DNA from: Chthonomonadales bacterium
Lineage (GTDB): Bacteria; Armatimonadota; Chthonomonadetes; Chthonomonadales; Chthonomonadaceae
Direction of reading: 5' to 3'
NCBI GenBank assembly: GCA_038217285.1
Contig: JBBQPO010000126.1
Span: 1-16,857, forward strand
DNA: 16,857 nt
Shown here: positions 7,839 through 16,719 of the stretch, in pieces
How the letters are laid out: each line of letters begins with the position of its first letter
How positions within the stretch are numbered: position 1 is the stretch's first letter
Made by a program: the position numbers and the translations under genes
The notes under the pieces: model-generated
Databases searched by the model: none
What the model saw: only the letters and a program-made list of their open reading frames with translations
Told to the model about the DNA's origin: nothing

Positions 7839-9185
7839 ATGGCGACCGTAGTGCAGAGCACGAGCGCGCTGTTGAGCGCGGAGTCGATTATCAAATACTA
7901 TGGCGACGGCTCCAAACGGATCCTGGTGCTGAAGGACGTGAATCTGGCGATTCGAGAGGGCGAGATCATCGCGATTCTCGGGCCGTCCGGCTCCGGCAAG
8001 TCGTCGCTGCTGCGCATTCTAGCGGGGCTCTCGGCGGCTTCGGAGGGGACCGTGCGGTTTCAGGGCACGGTGCAGACCGGGCCGAACCCGCATGTCGCCA
8101 TCGTGTTCCAGACTTTCGCGCTGTTTCCCTGGCTCTCCGTCTATCAGAATGTCGAGGTCGGTCTGCTGAACTCCGATGTGCCGGAGATCCAGCGGCGGCG
8201 GCGCATTCTGGAAGCTATCGACGTGATCGGCCTCGACGGTTTTGAGGACGCCTATCCGAAGGAGCTCTCGGGCGGGATGCGGCAGCGTGTCGGGTTCGCG
8301 CGGGCGCTGGTCGTGCAGCCGGAGATCCTATTTATGGACGAGCCGTTCTCCGCGCTGGACGTCCTGACGGGTGAAAACCTCAAAAAGGAGCTGCTCTCGC
8401 TCTGGCGCTCGCGCAAAATCCCGACCAAAGCCATCGTGATGGTGACGCATAACATCGAAGAGGCCGTCGTGATGGGCGACCGACTGGTGGTCATGGGGGC
8501 GAACCCCGGCGTGGTGCGCGTCGATATGCCGGGGCTGCCGGTGGAGGAGCGCGGCAAGATGCACCCCGAACATGTCCGACTGGTGGACTACCTGTACGGC
8601 GTGATGACCAATCCCAAGGAGGCGGTCGCGCCGTTCGGAGCCACGGAGCCCCTCTCTCAGCCTGCCGCACAGCCGACACGCGCCTACCAGCTTCTTCCGC
8701 ACGTTCCGGTCGGGCAGGTGACCGGTCTGGTCGAGCGTCTGCATGCCGACGGGGATCGCGAGGACATCTACGCCCTGGGTCGCGAACTGCAGATGGAGGT
8801 GGACGATCTGTTGCCGCTAGTGCAGGCGATCGACATCCTGGACCTCGGCAATATCGAGGAGGGCGACGTCTATCTGACCGCAGCGGGAGTCCACTTCGCG
8901 GTGGCAGGCGTTCAGGAAGAGAAGGAGGTGTTCCGTGAGCAGGCCGTCGCGCACGTGCAGTTGATCAAGCAGATCCTGCGCCGCCTCGACGCGTCCGGCA
9001 ACGGTCGCCTTCGCCGGGAAGCCATCCTGCGGGAGCTCGCCTCTTGTTTTAGCGAGGACGAAGCCGAACGCCAACTCGACACCGCCATCGACTGGGGCCG
9101 CTACGCCGAACTCTTCGCCTACGACGACCAGGAAGGCGTTTTCTATCGGGAAGTGCCGGACTCGTCTCCCTCCTCCGGTGGCTGA
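7839..9185 (+). CDS. ABC ATP-binding protein, NitT/TauT family, with C-terminal AAA-associated domain
   Basis: Walker A GPSGSGKS, Q-loop VFQTFALFPW, LSGGMRQR, Walker B FMDEPFSALD, VTH switch; C-terminal IDWGRYAELFAYD. Confidence 0.95.
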   Translation: MATVVQSTSALLSAESIIKYYGDGSKRILVLKDVNLAIREGEIIAILGPSGSGKSSLLRILAGLSAASEGTVRFQGTVQTGPNPHVAIVFQTFALFPWLSVYQNVEVGLLNSDVPEIQRRRRILEAIDVIGLDGFEDAYPKELSGGMRQRVGFARALVVQPEILFMDEPFSALDVLTGENLKKELLSLWRSRKIPTKAIVMVTHNIEEAVVMGDRLVVMGANPGVVRVDMPGLPVEERGKMHPEHVRLVDYLYGVMTNPKEAVAPFGATEPLSQPAAQPTRAYQLLPHVPVGQVTGLVERLHADGDREDIYALGRELQMEVDDLLPLVQAIDILDLGNIEEGDVYLTAAGVHFAVAGVQEEKEVFREQAVAHVQLIKQILRRLDASGNGRLRREAILRELASCFSEDEAERQLDTAIDWGRYAELFAYDDQEGVFYREVPDSSPSSGG

Positions 9186-9247
9186 AACGCGTTCCCCTGG
9201 CAGGGAAAAGGCGGCGTAGCGCGAGTGGGGTATCTAACCCTCGGCCC

Positions 9248-9436
9248 CCGCCCCTAAAGGAGCGGTCTGATGCGATAAGCCCCCTAAAGGGGGCTGGGTC
9301 GGACGTGAGCCGAGGCGATTGCGTAAGGAAACAGGGTGTCAGCCATCCCTAATGGTGAGATTTGCTCTCCCTTTCAATCCTCGCAGGCCCATTTATGGGC
9401 CTTAACCTTGCCACCAGGCCGCTCCTTTAGGGGCGG
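9248..9436. mobile_element. REPIN/MITE-like non-autonomous inverted-repeat element
   Basis: 22-bp terminal IR with one mismatch (9248-9269 and 9415-9436), plus inner TAAA-loop hairpins in inverted orientation (9278-9295 and 9385-9402). Confidence 0.7.
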
Positions 9437-9447
9437 CAACCTCGGTT

Positions 9448-10665
9448 TCAGCGGGTCATGCGGCGATAAGCGATGAGCAGCAGCCCCCAGACCGGGGCAT
9501 AGACGACGATCCAGACGAGAACCTGAACCGGCAGGCGCAGGGCCATCAGGAAGGAGTGCGCGGCAGCCTGTCCGGTGCCGCTGACCTCTTCCATGAAGGG
9601 GCTTGCGGGTTTCGAGGCTACGGCAGGGACGTTCTTCGGTTTCTCGTCCAGTTCGACCGTGATTTCGGACAGCGCGCCGAGGCGGGTGAGCATCTTGAGC
9701 CGTGCCTGCGACTGCGCAGAGCGGATACGAAGCTGGCGCAGGGTCTCTTCGTCGCGGACTGTTTCGGAGTGTCGGCGGTGCACTTTCAGCTTCTCTTCGG
9801 TCGTGACGATGTCGGCGCGAAGAATGTGGCCGGTCTCCTGCTCGTCGCTCACCTTGTCGGTGATGTCTTCGCCGGTAAGTGTCTTGCCTTTAAGCAGCCC
9901 GAGCCGCGTGATCTGGCCCATGACAGTATCGAACTGATCTACCGGAACTTTGCAGGTGAGCGAGGCTGTGCAGGTATTGTCCTCGCCCGTCGTCAACTGG
10001 TTCTGCGCCACATAGCCTTTCGACTCTTTCACCAGACGCTCCACCGCTTCGCTCTGCTGCTCCGCGTTCGCGACCTCGACCGTCAGGCTCGCGTCTTTGT
10101 GTACCTGTCGCTCTGTCGGCAGGTCTTCTCCTATTAGAGTCTTAATTGCCTCGGTGCCGTTGACCTGATTTACATGAAGACGGGCGGAGTCGGCGATACG
10201 TGGCTTCGGCGTAGAAACCAACGTCTGTTCGTCGTAGTCCTGCGTGTAGGCCAGGGATGCCAGGCCTAGACCTATCTGTTTGGTGTTCGACGCTGCATTG
10301 GCGACCCTCGGGGGGGCGTTCTGGTAGCTGGATAGGGCAGGATAGAACATGAACCAGGCCAGGACCGCCGAGGCCGAGGCGCCCCAGATCAAGACGGGTC
10401 TTTCACGCCATTTCGGAATTCCGGGGGCCAGCTTGTCCGGAGCGGTGGTCGGAATGGAAGCTAGGATCCGTGTTCGGAGCACATCGCTCATCTCCAGGCT
10501 GTCGGCGGCTCGCATGCGGGTTCCCATCAGGCGCATCTCCTCGATCTCCTTACGGCAGGGTTCACAGCAGTTCAGGTGCAGGCGCATCGCGATACGGGCG
10601 GCGGGCGACAACTGGCCGTCCAGGTACGCTTTCAATTCGCTTCGCAGTTTCTCGCACTCCGTCAT
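9448..10665 (-). CDS. Anti-sigma factor: zf-HC2 domain, TM helix and DUF4349 domain
   Basis: CEKLRSELKAYLDGQL...HLNCCEPC (HxxxCxxC), a TM helix, and DUF4349-like ASLTVEV..GYV..ASLTCKVP..F..LG..EDITD..ITVEL followed by a C-terminal TM. ATGA overlap with the sigma stop. Confidence 0.85.
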   Translation of the reverse strand: MTECEKLRSELKAYLDGQLSPAARIAMRLHLNCCEPCRKEIEEMRLMGTRMRAADSLEMSDVLRTRILASIPTTAPDKLAPGIPKWRERPVLIWGASASAVLAWFMFYPALSSYQNAPPRVANAASNTKQIGLGLASLAYTQDYDEQTLVSTPKPRIADSARLHVNQVNGTEAIKTLIGEDLPTERQVHKDASLTVEVANAEQQSEAVERLVKESKGYVAQNQLTTGEDNTCTASLTCKVPVDQFDTVMGQITRLGLLKGKTLTGEDITDKVSDEQETGHILRADIVTTEEKLKVHRRHSETVRDEETLRQLRIRSAQSQARLKMLTRLGALSEITVELDEKPKNVPAVASKPASPFMEEVSGTGQAAAHSFLMALRLPVQVLVWIVVYAPVWGLLLIAYRRMTR

Positions 10666-11258
10666 CGTTTTGCCTCCTGCGGCATGGCCGCTACGGTCAC
10701 TTCCACACTGTCCCCCAGCACATAACCTTGCAGGCTGACCCGCAGGCGGCGGATCGCATTGGAGAGCCGCGACTTCACGGTGCCGACCGGAATATCCAGC
10801 ACCTTCGCGCACTCCCGGTAGGTCAGGCCGTGCAGCTCGCACAGCATCACGACATCGGCGTGGTGCGGGCCGAGGCCGTCGAGTGCGGTCTGCACCTGAT
10901 CGTTCAGCTCACCCTTGGCGGCGGCCTGCTGCGGATCGGAGCGCCAGTCCTGCGACTCGATCTCCTGCTCATCCAGCGGCACACTGTCGGTGCGGGACCG
11001 CTGGCAGTGGCGCAGGCAGTGGTTCACGGCGATGCGGTAGACCCAGGTTCCCAGGGCCGAGTCGCCCCGGAACTGCCCGATGCTGCGGTAGAGATCGCAG
11101 AAGATCTCCTGCGTCACATCCTCGGCGTCTGTCGGATTGGGCACGTAGCGGCGCACCAGGCGGTGGACACGGGTGCCATAAGCGTCCAGAAACTCTGCAA
11201 AGGCTTTGCGTTCGCCCTGCCGAATTCGACGCACCATCTGCATCTCGTTTTGCTGCAT
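10662..11258 (-). CDS. ECF RNA polymerase sigma-70 factor
   Basis: Region 2 DAEDVTQEIF..FRGDSALGTWVYRIAVNHC; region 4 LTYRECAKVLDIPVGTVKSRL. Confidence 0.95.
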   Translation of the reverse strand: MQQNEMQMVRRIRQGERKAFAEFLDAYGTRVHRLVRRYVPNPTDAEDVTQEIFCDLYRSIGQFRGDSALGTWVYRIAVNHCLRHCQRSRTDSVPLDEQEIESQDWRSDPQQAAAKGELNDQVQTALDGLGPHHADVVMLCELHGLTYRECAKVLDIPVGTVKSRLSNAIRRLRVSLQGYVLGDSVEVTVAAMPQEAKR

Positions 11259-11341
11259 AGAGTTCGCTCCCTGAAAGAGAAGCCGCCCGGTCCCTTGCGT
11301 GGGCTGGAGCCGAAATGCGGTGTTGTGCGGCGTTCACTCGG

Positions 11342-11370
11342 TTGGGTACAGCGCGGCACAAAAAGGTTCA
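11342..11370 (-). promoter_or_regulatory. Candidate autoregulatory ECF promoter
   Basis: TGAACC-TTTTT..(N17)-ACCCAA, about 85 nt upstream of the sigma ATG; AAC -35 core followed by a T-tract. Confidence 0.35.
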
Positions 11371-11411
11371 CGTCGAGCCAGAATAGGGATGGGAAACCTG
11401 GAGGGAAGAGT

Positions 11412-11882
11412 TCAGAGGGGTTTGCGCATGAGGCGGTGTTCGATGTTGCAGTCGAGGAAGATGTCGCCTTCGGCGACGTAGCCGAGTTTTTCATAGAAGG
11501 GCAGGGCGTGGGTTTGGGCTTCGAGAATCAACTCGGTATAGCCGTCGGCGCGGGCGGCCTGCTCGACGCGGCGCATCAGCAGCGCGCCGACACCCTGCCC
11601 GCGATGTTCGCGCAGCACGGCGACACGCCCGATTTTGCCGACGCCGTGCCCCTTCTCTATCAGACGGGCTGTGCCGATGATACCGGATGTGTTTGGATCG
11701 TTGGAAAGACGGGCGAGGAAGTGTGCGGCGGCGACATCATAGGCGTCCAACTCCTCTTCTGGAGGAACGGCCTGCTCTTCGACAAAGACGGTCATACGAA
11801 TGGCAAAGACGGCCTCGCGCTCGGCGGAGGTCGTAACCGGAGCGGCCTCGTAACGGGCGGCGTTGTCTGCTGAGTGGCTCAT
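11412..11882 (-). CDS. GNAT N-acetyltransferase, ElaA/YjcF-like
   Basis: IRMTVFVEEQAVPPEEELD, KIGRVAVLREHRGQGVG, AQTHALPFYEKLGY, F.DCNIEHRLM. Confidence 0.93.
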   Translation of the reverse strand: MSHSADNAARYEAAPVTTSAEREAVFAIRMTVFVEEQAVPPEEELDAYDVAAAHFLARLSNDPNTSGIIGTARLIEKGHGVGKIGRVAVLREHRGQGVGALLMRRVEQAARADGYTELILEAQTHALPFYEKLGYVAEGDIFLDCNIEHRLMRKPL

Positions 11883-11983
11883 GCCGTGGTGTTTCGCTTT
11901 TACGCCGGATGTTTCCTGCCCGGAAACACAGGCCGGGGCCGGAATCGTAGTACGAAAGAGAGAGCATCAGGGCGGAGGGGAGA

Positions 11984-13117
11984 TTGCCGTTGCAGGAGAT
12001 TCTGAGCCAGGAAACAGGCGAGAGGCCGTTAGAAGACGACTCGCATTCCGTCGCACAGGCGCTGGACAGCGACGACCCGGACATACGTGCGCGGGGGCTC
12101 AATGCGGCCTTGCGCCTGCTCTTTCGCATCAACGACCTTACGCAGAAGAGACGCTCGCAGGAGCAGTTCAATCGGGAGATCGCGCTGATCCGGATGCCTG
12201 TCACAGAGGCGATACAGAGCGACGATCCGTGGACACGCAGTCGCGCCGTTGGGGTTCTGAATGGGCTTCTGGCGACGCTGCAGGAGGTGTCTCGTAAGAA
12301 ACAGCGCGTCGATCAGATGATCGAGCAGTTGCGCGGAGAGGTCCGTCTGGCGCGCCGCGCGCGGAGGGGGCAGGTGATCTGCGCCTCCTTCCTGCTGGTC
12401 ACCGCTCTCGCGGACTTCCTTTTCAAAGGCGGTCATATCGCCTTATTTTGGTGGCTCGTCTTTCCCCTGGGCGGCTTCTGGGAAATAGACATCTCGCGTC
12501 GGCATACGATGATACAGCGGTTGAGCGAGGCGTGGGACCCGCAGGCAGTCGGCGTGCTGGCGGTAGTGGCGCAGGAGCGTGAACCGGGGCTGAACGACCA
12601 GGCGCAGCGGGCCCTCATCCCTCTGCTGCCCCGCGTACGGGCCTCCGACGCGGCCTATATCGATGCAGAGGGAATGAAGGCGCTGATCGCCCTGCTCAAC
12701 GAGGAGAACGATCCGCTGCGGCTGGCGCTGCTGCAAGCCTTCGAACAGATCGGAGACGAACGCGCGATTCCCGCCGTCCTCGATCTGCGCGATTCGCCAC
12801 ACATCGGCACCATGATACGGCACGCAGCGGCAGAGTGTCTGCCTGCCCTGGAGAATCGTGTGCGTCTGGCCAGAGAGAGCGCCACCTTGCTGCGGGCCAG
12901 CAGTGACCTGAGCCCCGCAGAGGCCGCCGATACGCTGTTACGCCCCGCCGCAGGTGAGAACGCCTCTACCGATAACCTTCTACATCCGGCTGACAGCCTG
13001 CCTACGCCGCCTTCCGCGCAGGTCGAAAAGACCACTCCGCCACTTTTTTTCGTCAAACTCCCCACGCAACCTGTTTCGGATGACACCACGGTCCCTTCCG
13101 GCACGTCTCTATCCTGA
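11984..13117 (+). CDS. Membrane protein with HEAT/PBS-like helical repeats
   Basis: ALDSDDPDIRARG, AIQSDDPWTRSRAV, two TM helices, ALLQAFEQIGDERAIPAV, IRHAAAECLPAL, LLRAS/LLRPA tail. TTG start is uncertain. Confidence 0.75.
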   Translation: MPLQEILSQETGERPLEDDSHSVAQALDSDDPDIRARGLNAALRLLFRINDLTQKRRSQEQFNREIALIRMPVTEAIQSDDPWTRSRAVGVLNGLLATLQEVSRKKQRVDQMIEQLRGEVRLARRARRGQVICASFLLVTALADFLFKGGHIALFWWLVFPLGGFWEIDISRRHTMIQRLSEAWDPQAVGVLAVVAQEREPGLNDQAQRALIPLLPRVRASDAAYIDAEGMKALIALLNEENDPLRLALLQAFEQIGDERAIPAVLDLRDSPHIGTMIRHAAAECLPALENRVRLARESATLLRASSDLSPAEAADTLLRPAAGENASTDNLLHPADSLPTPPSAQVEKTTPPLFFVKLPTQPVSDDTTVPSGTSLS

Positions 13118-13238
13118 GAACGCGATGGATCTGCCCGCTCCCATCTGAACGTGAATACCCTTTTTCAGGACTCAAAGGTTCGTAGGCAGCTTTTTGTGTC
13201 AGTCGCAGGCAGAGCACACGTCAGGTGAGGAGAATTTG

Positions 13239-14540
13239 ATGGTATCCAGTCGTCGTCCCGACCGCTCTACGAAACGAACGGCCCGCATTATGGTCGGGCT
13301 GATCGGTCTGTTCGTCGTGGGTCTGCTGGCTGTCTGGTGGCGTCTTGCCAGTGACGTGCCGGTCGTCACGATCCCCAACCCTGTCATGCCCAACCCAAAC
13401 GCCTTTGATTTCTATGTGGCGGCAGGCAACGCGGTGAATACGATGCAGATCGATGACATCAATGCCTCGAAGCCTCGTGTACAGATGACATTGAAACAAA
13501 AGGCGGCGGCGGTTCAGCGGAATGCAGCGGCCATCCAGTCGCTGCACCAGGGTTTTGCCTACGAATACTGCAACCCTCCGGTTCGCTCCTTCTACCTCCC
13601 CTTGCCGTACTTCACCGCTTCTCGCAAAATTGCCCGTGTTCTGGCCGCACAGAGCCGCGTTCGGGCGGAACAAGGCGACTGGGCCGGAGCAGCCGACAGC
13701 GCGCTCGATGCCATCCGATTGGGCGAAGATATTCCGCGCGGTGGGAGCATGATGGCCGACCTTGTCGGCATCGCATGCCAGTCTATCGGGCAGAGGCCTT
13801 TGTGGAAAACCGTCGAACATCTGAACGCCACGCAGGGACGCGCGGCGGCGCGACGGCTAGAAGCGATTGTCGAGAGGCATTTTCCTTATGCGGAGACCAT
13901 CCAGGAAGAAAAGTGGTTCGGGCAGGCGGGCTTCCAGGAGATGTTCCGTACCGTCAATGTGCGCAATGCCCTTGCCAAAGCGAAAGATGTGACCGGCTCC
14001 GACGCGCCAGCCTCTGAATCCTACTCGACAGCCCTCTACCTGCTTTACGGGAAGAAGCGCATCTTGCAGAATTATACGGAGACAATGGACGCTACCGCAG
14101 CACAGGCTCGCCAGCCCTACGCCGCCAGGCTGCCTCTGCCCCCGGTTCCTGCGGATCCCATCAATAAGAATCTGTTTCCTGTCTTCGAAAACGCGCGGTT
14201 CATCGACCTGCAAGCCGAAACGCAGAATGGTCTGTTGCTGGTCACTCTGGCGCTGCAGGCGTACCGCCTGGAGCACGGGCACTATCCGGCATCGCTGGCG
14301 GAACTCGCGCCTTCCTACCTGAAGAGGCTTCCCGACGATCCATTCGCGTTGCGGGGGACTTTCCAATATCGGAGGGAGGGCCAAAAGATGGTTCTCTACA
14401 GTATCGGCCCGGATGGCAAGGACGATCACGGCACCCCGACCGACAATCCGAAAAATGCCAGTGCGGCGAGCCCGTACGCGCGCTATCGCGTGGAAAAAGA
14501 GAGCCAGGGAGACATCGTTGGCGGCATCAATATTCAGTAG
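13239..14540 (+). CDS. Membrane-anchored protein with GspG/pseudopilin-like C-terminus, paralog 1
   Basis: N-terminal TM, PNPNAFDFY, and LALQAYRLEHGHYPASLAEL..LPDDPF..LYSIGPDGKDD; GAGGAG RBS before ATG 13239. Confidence 0.8.
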   Translation: MVSSRRPDRSTKRTARIMVGLIGLFVVGLLAVWWRLASDVPVVTIPNPVMPNPNAFDFYVAAGNAVNTMQIDDINASKPRVQMTLKQKAAAVQRNAAAIQSLHQGFAYEYCNPPVRSFYLPLPYFTASRKIARVLAAQSRVRAEQGDWAGAADSALDAIRLGEDIPRGGSMMADLVGIACQSIGQRPLWKTVEHLNATQGRAAARRLEAIVERHFPYAETIQEEKWFGQAGFQEMFRTVNVRNALAKAKDVTGSDAPASESYSTALYLLYGKKRILQNYTETMDATAAQARQPYAARLPLPPVPADPINKNLFPVFENARFIDLQAETQNGLLLVTLALQAYRLEHGHYPASLAELAPSYLKRLPDDPFALRGTFQYRREGQKMVLYSIGPDGKDDHGTPTDNPKNASAASPYARYRVEKESQGDIVGGINIQ

Positions 14541-14567
14541 GCTTTCCTGCCACCCGAAAGGAGACGT

Positions 14568-15848
14568 ATGACAAACTCCCGGTTTCGTCTGCCTGCAGGT
14601 GCCTATCGTCGTATGGCCTTCGTCTGCGTAGGCTTCGGTCTCCTCATTCTCTGGTACTCCGTGGCCAATAGAATTCCCGTCGTGACGATTCCGAATCCGG
14701 TTATGCCGCAGCTGAACGCCTTCGACGTCTATGTTTCGGCCGGGAATGCCGTCACGGGAGAGAAGCAGATACAGGACGCCGTTGGTTCGAAGCCGACCGT
14801 GAGCTATTCGTTGGAACAAAAACAGGCGCTGGTGCGGCAACACGAAGACGTCGTCAACATGCTGCACAAAGGTTTCGCCTATCCTTATCTGAATCCGCCT
14901 GTCCGCTCGTTTCGTACGCTCTTGCCCTACTACAAAAGCTTTCGTGGTCTGGCGCGACTGCTGTTGCTTCGCGGGCAGGTTCGGGCCGAAAAGGGCGACT
15001 GGAGCGGAGCCACCGACAGCTACCTGGACGCGATGCGAATAGGAGCGGATATTCCGCATGGCTCGCCCCTGATCGGCGCTCTTGTCGGGATTAACTGTCA
15101 ATCTGTCGGTCGCAAACCGATGTGGAACGCCGTGGAACATCTGAACGCCGCGCAATCCCATGTCGTCCTTACTCGGCTGACGAACATTATGCAGAGGCAT
15201 CTTCCCTTCGCAGATTCGATACAGGAAGAGAAATGGCAGGGGCAGGCCGCACTACTGGAAATCTTCCAGGGGTCAACGAAGCCTGACTCCCACAGATCTG
15301 CGGACGATTCAGAAAGTGAAGCGCTTGCGGCAGATTCGGGCTACTATCTTGTCTGGAGCAAAAAACGTATTATGGACAACTATACCGGCTATCTCGACGC
15401 AAGCTCCAAGCTGGCGCGACAACCCTACGCCCTCCATCTACACGCGCCGCCCGTGCCGAAGGACATGTTCAATCAAGTCATTGCGCCCGTTTTCCTGAAT
15501 TCCCGGCTCAAAGATGTCGAGAATGAGACTCAGAACGGCTTGCTGCTTGTCACGCTGGCGCTCCACGCTTTTCGGCTGGAGAAGGGGCACTATCCAAAAT
15601 CGTTGACGGAACTGGCTCTGGCCACCCTGCGCAAACTGCCGGACGACCCGTTCGCCGTGCAGGGAACGTTCAAGTATTTCCGCGACAGCAAGAGTTATGT
15701 TCTCTACAGCGTTGGCCCGGATGGCAAGGACGACGGTGGGACGCCTATCGACAGCCCTAAAGAGGCCGTGAGTTCCATACCCAACTCTCGCTACACCGTT
15801 CGGCAGAACAGCGTCGGCGATGTGGTCGCAGGCATCAATATTCAGTAG
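14568..15848 (+). CDS. Membrane-anchored protein with GspG/pseudopilin-like C-terminus, paralog 2
   Basis: Colinear with paralog 1 over the full length; same GINIQ end; AAGGAG RBS. Confidence 0.82.
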   Translation: MTNSRFRLPAGAYRRMAFVCVGFGLLILWYSVANRIPVVTIPNPVMPQLNAFDVYVSAGNAVTGEKQIQDAVGSKPTVSYSLEQKQALVRQHEDVVNMLHKGFAYPYLNPPVRSFRTLLPYYKSFRGLARLLLLRGQVRAEKGDWSGATDSYLDAMRIGADIPHGSPLIGALVGINCQSVGRKPMWNAVEHLNAAQSHVVLTRLTNIMQRHLPFADSIQEEKWQGQAALLEIFQGSTKPDSHRSADDSESEALAADSGYYLVWSKKRIMDNYTGYLDASSKLARQPYALHLHAPPVPKDMFNQVIAPVFLNSRLKDVENETQNGLLLVTLALHAFRLEKGHYPKSLTELALATLRKLPDDPFAVQGTFKYFRDSKSYVLYSVGPDGKDDGGTPIDSPKEAVSSIPNSRYTVRQNSVGDVVAGINIQ

Positions 15849-15876
15849 TCCTTGTCTACCGCCAGGAGAGATCACG

Positions 15877-16719
15877 ATGCAGAACCCTCATTATCGTCCC
15901 GCGCCCCGTTCCAACAAGCGCACCGCCCTCATCAGCCTCGGGCTCATTGGCCTGATGGGCGTCGGTCTTATCGGCTTCTGGTGGAACACCGCCATGAAGA
16001 CTCCCGTGGTGAACATCCCGAATCCTGTCCTTCCCAACCCGAATGCCTTCGACTTCTATGTAACCGCCGGGAATACGCTCACCGGTGATAAGCAGATCGG
16101 AGTCGCCGTCAGCACAAAGCCGACCATTGCCTATTCGCTGGCACATAAAGAGGCGCTTGTGCAGCAGAACGCAGGCGTCATCAACACGCTGCATCAGGGT
16201 TTCGCCTATCCCTACCTCAATCCGCCTGCCCGCTCCTTCGATGTCCTCTTTCCCTACTATGCGAAATTTCGCAGCGTCGCTCGTCTGCTGTCGCTCCGGG
16301 GACAGGTGAGAGCCGCACGAGGCGACTGGAGCGGAGCGGCCGACAGCTATCTGGACACGATAAGAATGGGCGAGGATACGCCGCGCGGCTCCGTCCTGAT
16401 CGGCAAGCTTGTCGGTATCGCCTGTCTGGCCATTGGACGCAAGCCGATGTGGAGCGCCGTGGAACATCTGAATGCGGCGCAGTCTCGCGCTGCGGCTTCC
16501 CGACTCGCGAGTATCATGGACAGGCACTTTTCTTACGCCGACACGCTCCAGGAAGAGAAGAGGTTCGGACAGGCCGCCTTGTTGGAGGTATTTACCAATG
16601 CGAAGAAGCGCAACGCCTTTATGGTGCCCGCAGGTACGGGAAACAGTCCGGGGAGTGGCGCTCTGGAGGCCATGTCATCGCTCTTCTACCTTGCCTACAG
16701 CAAAAATCGTATCATGAAC
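15877..16719 (+). pseudogene. Paralog 3, interrupted at 16719/16720 by an insertion sequence (ORF reads on to a stop at 16785)
   Basis: Colinear with paralog 2 up to YLAYSKNRIMN (paralog 2: YLVWSKKRIMD), then unrelated sequence; GspG-like domain absent. Confidence 0.8.

Noticed and set aside
9248-9436. Possible CRISPR mini-array
   Set aside because: The repeats are mainly inverted, there are no regular spacers, and no cas genes are present.
295-15875. Long overlapping ORFs such as 295..1620+, 1945..2907+, 2072..3004+, 6009..7823-, 10470..11873+ and 13857..15200-
   Set aside because: Antisense or alternate-frame shadows of well-supported genes in high-GC DNA, with no recognisable motifs.
13239-16719. 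Diversity-generating retroelement template/variable repeats among the paralogs
   Set aside because: Similarity spans whole genes, differences are not adenine-specific, and there is no reverse transcriptase in the window.
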